Program-made: the position numbers and the translations under genes
Origin: an uncultured Acidimicrobiaceae bacterium
GTDB taxonomy: Bacteria > Actinomycetota > Acidimicrobiia > Acidimicrobiales > Ilumatobacteraceae
NCBI GenBank assembly: GCA_963825605.1
Contig: CAWGTY010000014.1
Coordinates: 117,924-181,923, forward strand
Direction: 5' to 3'
DNA: 64,000 nt
Notes under the pieces: model-generated
Database searches by the model: none
The model's input: only the letters and a program-made list of their open reading frames with translations
What the model was told of the DNA's origin: nothing
Part shown: positions 57,576 through 64,000 of the stretch, in pieces
How positions within the stretch are numbered: position 1 is the first letter of the stretch
Layout of the letters: every line of letters starts with the position of its first letter

Positions 57576-58052
57576 CTACCGAGGCGGTGGGGGCGGGATC
57601 GGCGCGATGGCCGATTGGGCGCGGGCGATCACGGTGTCGGTGAGGTTGCTGAACTGGTCGAGCTCGGCGTCGGTCGGCTCGATCAGGTCGGAGGGGTAGT
57701 TGGTCTTGTGGCGGAGGTCGCGGAGCTCGTCGAGCTGCGCCCACTCGGTGCGGTTGACGAGTTGTACCCCGTACGCGTAGTCGACCACGGCGACGTGGGC
57801 GCCGGGTCGGTTGGCGAACCGGAGTCCGCGGGCCGCCGCGACGGCGCTGATCGCGAGCCGTGCAGCTTCGTGGAGGTTCGAGATGACCGGGAGCCGGAGG
57901 CCGTCGTCTCGGCACAGCTGCGCGGTCTTTCGGAACTCGCGCGCCGACGCGAGCGTGCGTGTGCCCTCGCGCCGTCGGTGGGCACCGCTGCCGGGAACCG
58001 TGTGCATCGCGTCGCGGATCAGCGCGTCCACGTCGGTCGGGCGGCCACTCAC
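57576..58052 (-). CDS. HEPN-domain protein (putative toxin)
   Basis: LHEAARLAISA, PGAHVAVVDY, LDELRDLRHKTNY; GTGA overlap with the upstream MNT gene. Confidence 0.7.
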   Translation of the reverse strand: MSGRPTDVDALIRDAMHTVPGSGAHRRREGTRTLASAREFRKTAQLCRDDGLRLPVISNLHEAARLAISAVAAARGLRFANRPGAHVAVVDYAYGVQLVNRTEWAQLDELRDLRHKTNYPSDLIEPTDAELDQFSNLTDTVIARAQSAIAPIPPPPPR

Positions 58053-58612
58053 GAGTCGTCGCCTCGTGTGATGACCGGCACCGAGCCTTCCCTCAAGTTG
58101 GTGAGCTGGTCGTGATCTGGCGGAAGGACCATTTGGTCGACGGTGAGGCCTGTGGCGGCTTCGATCGCGGCGCGGTGCTCGGCGAGGGTGAACCGGGTGT
58201 GGGTCGAGCTGACGACGACGAGATCGAGATCGTTGGGTGGTGGGCCGGGCTCGCCGTGGAATCGTGCCGCCCACGATCCGTGGATGAAGACCTCGTCGAC
58301 GCCGGCGACGTCGACGTACTCGTCGCGCACGATGTGGGGCGCCCCGGCCGCATACGCAACGAGCTGGCGAAGCGCGTCGGTGTACGGAGCATCGGCGGGC
58401 CGGACGACCTTGGCACGCCCGACCTCTTCCATCGTGACGATCCCGGCCTCGGCGAGGCGCGCCAGCTCGCGAGCCACGGTCGGCTGGGAGAGCCCGAGCC
58501 GACGTGCGAGCTCGCTGCCCGACGCCGGCCGACCGAAGAACACCTCGGCGAGCAGTTGCGCCTGCGTCTCCGACCGGAAGATCGGAAGCAGCTCTGGCGC
58601 AGCAGTCGGCAT
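58049..58612 (-). CDS. winged-HTH + minimal nucleotidyltransferase (MNT), putative antitoxin
   Basis: LLPIFRSETQAQLL…SELARRLGLSQPTVAREL (wHTH); FIHGSWAAR…PNDLDLVVV (GS…DxD). Confidence 0.85.
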   Translation of the reverse strand: MPTAAPELLPIFRSETQAQLLAEVFFGRPASGSELARRLGLSQPTVARELARLAEAGIVTMEEVGRAKVVRPADAPYTDALRQLVAYAAGAPHIVRDEYVDVAGVDEVFIHGSWAARFHGEPGPPPNDLDLVVVSSTHTRFTLAEHRAAIEAATGLTVDQMVLPPDHDQLTNLREGSVPVITRGDDS

Positions 58613-58620
58613 ACCTGGAG

Positions 58621-58662
58621 TATATGCACATTTCGAGTGATATTGCTAGGAATGCGCATGTA
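58621..58662. promoter_or_regulatory. AT-rich imperfect inverted repeat upstream of MNT-HEPN (autoregulatory operator candidate)
   Basis: TATATGCACATT-N18-AATGCGCATGTA (10/12 complementary), 8 nt upstream of ATG 58612. Confidence 0.5.
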
Positions 58663-58906
58663 TCACCGGATCGCGGAGTTACGCACTTCCCGGCGTACGT
58701 CAGGAAACCGAACGGCCTCTCGTTCTCACTGCCCCACACAGTTGCACCAATGGTGTGAGCGGCGTTCGCGCTCGGAGGATCTGAGCTTGGCAGGTGCCTC
58801 GGCGAGGGTTCGGGGAGGGTTTCGTGTCTGGGGGTGGCCTCTGGACACGCGCTGGGCACGGCGGACGGGCGAGTTTGGGGGATGGATTCTCGTCATGGTC
58901 ACCGGC

Positions 58907-59131
58907 ATGGCACGAGACCGGAACACCTCGCCACCGAGCAGCGATCCGACGTGCCGCGTGATCGTCGATGTGACACGGCTCGCCGACGAGCTCGGCGTGA
59001 ACGTGAGCTTCGTGCGTCGTCTCGTCTGGGAGCGACGCATCCCGTACTTCAAGATCGGCAAGCTCGTCCGTTTCGATCTCGCCGAGGTCCACGACTGGCT
59101 CGACCAAAGCCGTGTCGAGGCTCTGCGCTGA
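58907..59131 (+). CDS. excisionase-family (HTH_17) DNA-binding protein
   Basis: DVTRLADELGVNVSFVRRLVWERRIPYFKIGKLVRFDLAEVHDWL; alternative start GTG 58958. Confidence 0.8.
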   Translation: MARDRNTSPPSSDPTCRVIVDVTRLADELGVNVSFVRRLVWERRIPYFKIGKLVRFDLAEVHDWLDQSRVEALR

Positions 59132-59485
59132 CTCGCGAGGCAGCAGCGCGGCGCGTACAACTCACGAGGCCGAAGGCAGCGCACTTATCAACGCCACGGG
59201 CGCGCACTTCGCCGGTTGTCGGGCGCGGTTCCGGAGTGCTCCGGGCGCGATACGAGCGGGTGGGCTGCTGGAGAGCGAGGCGCGATACGTGCCGTTCAAG
59301 AGCGGTTTGGCCCCCTCCGGCGAGGCGCGATTATGCGCTACCTCAGCAGCAGTCGAAGCTCCAACAGCGCGCCGGCACTGCAGCGCGCCAGCGAACGACC
59401 TGGCCGGTGATTATCGCGTTGCGAGAGCTGGGGATAGGAGACTGCGGCTCGCTGCGAATTGCACTCGAGCGGACGAGGACCGCGA

Positions 59486-62026
59486 TCAGGTTGGGGCCGG
59501 CGGCTCGGTCGGTGTGGTTGCGGGATTGTTGGTCGCGGCGGCTCGCAGGGCGAGTTGCGTTCGTGAGTGCACGTCGAGCTTGCGGTAGACGCGTTGGAGG
59601 TGGCTTTCCACGGTTCGGCGTGAGATGAACAGAGTCGCCGCGATCGCGTTGTTCGATGCTCCAGTTGCTGCGAGCCGAGCAACGTCTCGCTCGCTGCGGG
59701 TGAGTCGTGTCCACGTCGACTCCGTTGGGAATCCTGTGAGCAGGCGCGACGCGACACCGGACGTGAGGTCGTCGATCGCAGTCAGTGTCGGGACGCCACG
59801 ATGCAGCATTCCGTCCTCCGGTGGCGTCGCGTCGGTGTGGCGTCGAAGCGACGGTCGTGGCCAGGGGTGAGCTCCGCAGTTGAGGCGAATCGTGTCAGAC
59901 AGTCCGGTCGAACGCCGAGCAGCCTTCTGATCACCGAGAGCCGCGGCGAGCGCGGCAAACCCGTCGAGCCCGTCAGCGGCACGGAGTCGGTACCCACACC
60001 GAACCGATTCGCGAATGGCCTGCTCGTACGCCTGATGTGCCTGGCGAGTCTCACCCCCAGCGAGCGCAGCGTCACCGAGCAGCAGACGAGCGGCCACGCG
60101 GTGTGCGCTCAAGGGGACCGTGTCGGCGAGCGCCACGACGTCGGCGGCGGTCCGCAGCATCCATTCCCAGTTGTCTCCGACCGGCGCAGACGCGGCGAGC
60201 CTCGTCCGCACCGTGAGACGCGTCCGCCAAGCGAGTGAGCGATCATCGCCCGGAACGGTGCCGTCGAACGACGGTTGGGCTGCGACCTCGACTGCGTATG
60301 TCTCGGCTGCAAACTCGGTCACGAAGTCGACGAGTCCGGTCAGTTCGTCGCGAAGTTGCCTGGCGAGCGCAGCAGCCTCCGCGGTTCGGCCCCGCTCGAG
60401 TGCGACCCAGGCGAGTTCGACCGAGCTGGCATGGGCGGTGTACGCGTCGTGCTGTCGTCCCCAATCGACGCACTGCCGAAAAAGGTGTTCGCACCGGTCG
60501 AGGTCACCTCGTGCGAGCGCGACCTGCGCGAGCTCATGGGTGGACTGCCAGACGAAGACTTGATCGTCGGTGACATCTCGCCCCGCAGCGATGCTTGCCT
60601 CGGCGGCGCGTTGCGCCCAGTTCAGATCGCCTGCGTCGTACGCGAGCGCCGCTCGGATCGATTCGATCCGGCATTGCAGCCCCGCAGGCGAACCGGCACG
60701 GACGGCTGCCTCGTCGGCCCGATCCAGCAGGTTGCGCGCCTGCTGGAGCGATGCGCACTCCGCCGCTGCGAGTGCGGCACGTCGCGACGCGTCCGCTTCC
60801 AGCCTCGCGTCGACCCCGGGCGCCGCGTCGAGCGCGGCAACCATCAACGTGACCAACTCCAGGTTGCGCATCCGATCGTGCATTGCGATGAACAGTGCGT
60901 CGGCGAGGTGCAGTGCGAAGGGGTGTTCCTCGCGCACGGCAATCCAAGCAAGATGGGTGAGGTTGTCCAGTTCTGCGCCGACGAGGGACGCGGTGGCCGG
61001 GTTGGCCGCGACCTCGTTTCCGATGCGGCGCGCCCAGCCCACAGCACGGTCGAGCACGTGGTGGAAGGATCCGTTGCGGTGGAGCAGCCGAATAGCGGCG
61101 TCGCGCACGGGTGGGAGTAGGTCGAACCGTCGACCGTCGGGGTACGCGAGACCGATCTCGATCAGCGCCGCCACCTCACGCTGCGCAGCATCGAGCGGTC
61201 GGCCGGCGAGCGCCGCTGCGAAATCGACGGAAGTCGCGGACGACGTCAGGCCGAGACATTCGAAGAATACGATCGTCGCTGGGTCGAGGAGAGCCAACGA
61301 CCTTCCGATCGAAACCTCCAGCTCCGGTGCAAGTGTCGGGATTTCGGTGTCGGGATTTCGGTCGATTCGTTCAATCGCCACATCGTCATCGGCGTCGATC
61401 CGGCCGGTCACGGCGATTCGACGACCGAGCAGCTCGATCGCGAGTGGCAAACCTCCGGTGCGAGCCACGACGGGCTCGAGTTCGGCTGCCGATGGAACGT
61501 CCCCGGCCCCGTAGAGGTCGAGCACGGCGCGAAGCAGGCGCCCGGACTCGCCACCGGTCGATGTTGGTTGCGGATCCAACTCGGCGGTCGACAGCGCCCG
61601 GAGTCGGGCAACCGGCGTGACCCCGCTCGCCCGTCGTGTGGTCACCAACAGCCAGACGCCGGCGCGGCCGGTGGGGAGACGCTCGACGAGGCTGTCGACG
61701 CCGGTGAGATGCTCGACGCCGTCGAGCACCAGCAGCACGCACTGGCCGTCCAGCGCCGCGCACGCCGCATCAACCGGGTCTTCCCCCGGAAGGACCTCCC
61801 CGCCGCATGCTGCCGCCACGGTCGTTGCGAGGTGGTCGATCGTGTCGATCGCCTCGGCATCGGTCCACACCACGGGGCGACCGCTGGCGTCTGCCACCGC
61901 GGTCACCAGCGCTGACTTTCCGATCCCGCCCGGGCCCACCACAACTGCACGCCCGCAGTCACGAAGCATTTCCGACACTGCGTCGATCTCTGCGTCCCGG
62001 CCCACCAACCGAACAGCGCCACGCAT
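59486..62026 (-). CDS. ATPase (NB-ARC-like)/TPR/LuxR family regulator
   Basis: LVGRDAE, GPGGIGKS, LVLDGVEH, GGLPLAIEL, C-terminal LuxR HTH LTRSERDVARL…ISRRTVESHLQRVYRKL; start ATG 62026. Confidence 0.9.
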   Translation of the reverse strand: MRGAVRLVGRDAEIDAVSEMLRDCGRAVVVGPGGIGKSALVTAVADASGRPVVWTDAEAIDTIDHLATTVAAACGGEVLPGEDPVDAACAALDGQCVLLVLDGVEHLTGVDSLVERLPTGRAGVWLLVTTRRASGVTPVARLRALSTAELDPQPTSTGGESGRLLRAVLDLYGAGDVPSAAELEPVVARTGGLPLAIELLGRRIAVTGRIDADDDVAIERIDRNPDTEIPTLAPELEVSIGRSLALLDPATIVFFECLGLTSSATSVDFAAALAGRPLDAAQREVAALIEIGLAYPDGRRFDLLPPVRDAAIRLLHRNGSFHHVLDRAVGWARRIGNEVAANPATASLVGAELDNLTHLAWIAVREEHPFALHLADALFIAMHDRMRNLELVTLMVAALDAAPGVDARLEADASRRAALAAAECASLQQARNLLDRADEAAVRAGSPAGLQCRIESIRAALAYDAGDLNWAQRAAEASIAAGRDVTDDQVFVWQSTHELAQVALARGDLDRCEHLFRQCVDWGRQHDAYTAHASSVELAWVALERGRTAEAAALARQLRDELTGLVDFVTEFAAETYAVEVAAQPSFDGTVPGDDRSLAWRTRLTVRTRLAASAPVGDNWEWMLRTAADVVALADTVPLSAHRVAARLLLGDAALAGGETRQAHQAYEQAIRESVRCGYRLRAADGLDGFAALAAALGDQKAARRSTGLSDTIRLNCGAHPWPRPSLRRHTDATPPEDGMLHRGVPTLTAIDDLTSGVASRLLTGFPTESTWTRLTRSERDVARLAATGASNNAIAATLFISRRTVESHLQRVYRKLDVHSRTQLALRAAATNNPATTPTEPPAPT

Positions 62027-62040
62027 CGCGCCGAGTGTAG

Positions 62041-62060
62041 TTGCGTAGCGGATTGCGTAG
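62041..62060. promoter_or_regulatory. direct repeat in the LuxR/VOC divergent region
   Basis: TTGCGTAG at 62041 and 62053. Confidence 0.4.
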
Positions 62061-62147
62061 TTCCCCCGATGCGAGGCACCCGTCCGACGGCGCACGGTGG
62101 ACACGTCACCGTCCATTCCGGCCCGTCCCCGAACGAGGAGCGAATCC

Positions 62148-62666
62148 ATGTCACCTCTCAGGAGGACCCCTGTTGTCCACTTCGGTCATGTTGCGCTGAT
62201 CACGCCGGATCTCGACCGAGCTCGACAGTTCTACGAAGACGTGATCGGTCTACGAACGATGACGATTGACCATCCGCATGCCGCTCCATTCCGCCGCCTG
62301 GCCGCGCTCGCCGACGGAAGCGACGACGGGACCATGGCGCTCCTCCTGTTCGAAGTGCCCGGGTTCAACCCTGGGGTGGCCGACGACTTGATCGGTCGCC
62401 GCGGTCGCATCGATCACCTGGCGTTCGTCGCCGCAATCCGCAGCGAGTTCAACGCGATCGTCGCCCGACTTGTCGACGCCGGTGCATCGAGCGGTCGCGT
62501 CGACACGGTTGGGCCCACCCTGTCGGTGTTGTTCGTCGATCCCGACGGCGGACACCACAACATGCACACGCCAAATCTCGAATGGGTTCCCGAGGCCACC
62601 ACCGACGTCATCGACGCCGAGTTGACCGCACGTGTGCTGCGCACCCCAACGGTTCGAACACATTGA
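62148..62666 (+). CDS. VOC/glyoxalase family protein
   Basis: HFGHVALITPDLDRARQFYEDVIG, IDHLAF, LFVDPDG; GAGGAG RBS before ATG 62148. Confidence 0.85.
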   Translation: MSPLRRTPVVHFGHVALITPDLDRARQFYEDVIGLRTMTIDHPHAAPFRRLAALADGSDDGTMALLLFEVPGFNPGVADDLIGRRGRIDHLAFVAAIRSEFNAIVARLVDAGASSGRVDTVGPTLSVLFVDPDGGHHNMHTPNLEWVPEATTDVIDAELTARVLRTPTVRTH

Positions 62667-62777
62667 CATTCGAAGGCCATCACCTGACTCCCATCCGTAC
62701 CTCTGCCGAGAATCGCACGCCAACCGAAAAGCTCATCGCCCGAATCCCTCATCAACCACACCGACTGGAGTCATGCC

Positions 62778-63689
62778 ATGCGACATCGAATCATCACCGA
62801 CGACTCGAACCCCGCAATTCCGGGTCGACGAAACAACCGCCGGCGCCGATTCGGCAGCGCAACGCTGGTGATCGTCGCCGCGGCGATCAGCGCGTGCGGT
62901 AGCGACGACGACTCGACTGCATCGAGCGACTCTGCGCCCGTCACGCCTGCACCAGCCGAAACATCGGCACCAGCGGAGACGTCGGTACCTACCGAGGCGC
63001 CCGTACCCGCCGAGACGTCGGCACCGGTCGAGTCGGCGGGCGGCGGCGACGACGAACTATGCGCGTTGGCGCAGGAGATGTTCGAGATGGAGGATCTCCC
63101 GAGCGCTGCAACGCTCGAGCGGTACCAGTCCCTCGCTCCGAGCGAGATCGAAGCCGCCGTCGACCTCGCCTCCGGTGAGCTGATCGGGGCTGGCGACGAC
63201 GTGGTCGCACAAATCAACGCCGTCGGAGACGACGAGGTCGAACAGGCGATCGACGAGATCAACGGGTGGGAGGAGGAGAACTGCGGCATCCCGCACTCGG
63301 AATCCGCGATGTTGCCGCCCGGTGCGACGCGAGACATCGATCCCGCTGCCACCCGGGTCGACGTGACGGCCTCCGACTTCGCCTTCGAGGTCGGAGACGT
63401 GGCTGCCGGGCGCACCTCGTTCGTGATGACCAACACCGGCGTCGAAGCGCACTTCCTCGCCATCGTCAAACTCGCCGACGGCGTCACACTCGAGCAGTTC
63501 ATGTCGTCCGACGACGACAGCCTCGCCGAGGGATTCTGGGAGACCGGGATCGGCGCTGGAGGCGGCGACGAGGAAACGATCACCTTCGACGTCGAGCCAG
63601 GCAACTACGCCATGGTCTGCTTCTTGCCGACCACGGACGGCACACCGCACGCAATGCTCGGAATGACACGCGAGTTGACCGTCTCCTGA
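62778..63689 (+). CDS. lipoprotein with Pro/Thr linker, helical domain and C-terminal cupredoxin-like domain
   Basis: Lipobox ISAC; FVMTNTGVEAHF…EPGNYAMVCFLPTTDGTPHAMLGM giving His, Cys, His, Met ligands. Confidence 0.75.
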   Translation: MRHRIITDDSNPAIPGRRNNRRRRFGSATLVIVAAAISACGSDDDSTASSDSAPVTPAPAETSAPAETSVPTEAPVPAETSAPVESAGGGDDELCALAQEMFEMEDLPSAATLERYQSLAPSEIEAAVDLASGELIGAGDDVVAQINAVGDDEVEQAIDEINGWEEENCGIPHSESAMLPPGATRDIDPAATRVDVTASDFAFEVGDVAAGRTSFVMTNTGVEAHFLAIVKLADGVTLEQFMSSDDDSLAEGFWETGIGAGGGDEETITFDVEPGNYAMVCFLPTTDGTPHAMLGMTRELTVS

Positions 63690-63775
63690 GACGGAACGAA
63701 TCCCATCCATTCACATCAGTCCACCGCGACGGAATCCCCTGGAGGAGTCGGGTGACAAGCATCAAGGAGGTCATC

Positions 63776-64000
63776 ATGTCGAACGTCGTCATGTCGAACG
63801 TCGGGAACGGGTTGCGGGCGGCGGGAGCGTCGATGGCGCTGGTGATCGCCATCGCGGGCTGCGCTTCCGACACCGACACGGCCACCGACAGTGCCGGGGA
63901 TGAGTCCATACCCGTCACGGTTCCGGCCTCGTCGGACGGCGAGGTGTTGGTGCTCCAGATTGGGACGAACGATCCCGCTGACTCGCCCACTGCGCCTGCA
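63776..64000 (+). CDS. lipoprotein, 3'-partial
   Basis: AAGGAGG RBS, signal peptide with lipobox IAGC; frame open to the window end; MSNVV/MSNVG 15-nt duplication at the start. Confidence 0.65.
   Translation, partial: MSNVVMSNVGNGLRAAGASMALVIAIAGCASDTDTATDSAGDESIPVTVPASSDGEVLVLQIGTNDPADSPTAPA

Noticed and set aside
1-64000. CRISPR array or cas genes
   Set aside because: No regularly spaced 23-50 bp repeats with unique spacers were seen; the repeats found are coding VNTRs, operators or att sites.
47525-64000. Integrase or transposase gene
   Set aside because: No ORF with tyrosine recombinase R-H-R-Y, serine recombinase or DDE motifs was recognised in or near the att-bounded segments.

Overview
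High-GC window from an actinomycete; gene content and codon style suggest Acidimicrobiia or an Ilumatobacter-like lineage (inference, no marker gene present). It is almost entirely accessory DNA with no ribosomal, replication or core metabolic operon. Left to right: a partial ATPase-LuxR regulator; a copper/heavy-metal cluster (BlaI + M56 peptidase, small His/Cys leader-like protein, cupredoxin, CopC-CopD fusion, CopB-type P1B ATPase with a MerR-type operator, MerR regulator, decaying DUF305, His-tailed EamA); a patch of gene relics (ParE, VapC, SARP); sugar enzymes (GH3, SDR, frameshifted GH13); acetamidase; HxlR-thioesterase-MFS; a MazEF pair; an M28 aminopeptidase; DoxX with a two-component system; a BesD-like 2OG-Fe(II) oxygenase; a hemerythrin / split-barrel / GAF-wHTH module; an unusual NuoF-like / 2-phosphoglycerate-kinase-like / HAD operon; and a MalT-ABC cassette. 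On the right, two direct-repeat 3' halves of tRNA-Gly(CCC) (47480-47524, 57378-57422) with 11-bp-period arm-like repeats delimit tandemly integrated islands carrying Fic, a giant BTAD-kinase-nSTAND1-propeller regulator, a HEPN-MNT pair and an excisionase-like gene. No intact tRNA, integrase or CRISPR array was seen. All family calls come from motif recognition by eye, not database searches. The best candidates for undescribed systems are the flavin-barrel/GAF/hemerythrin module, the NuoF-2PGK-HAD operon and the tandem tRNA-Gly island array.
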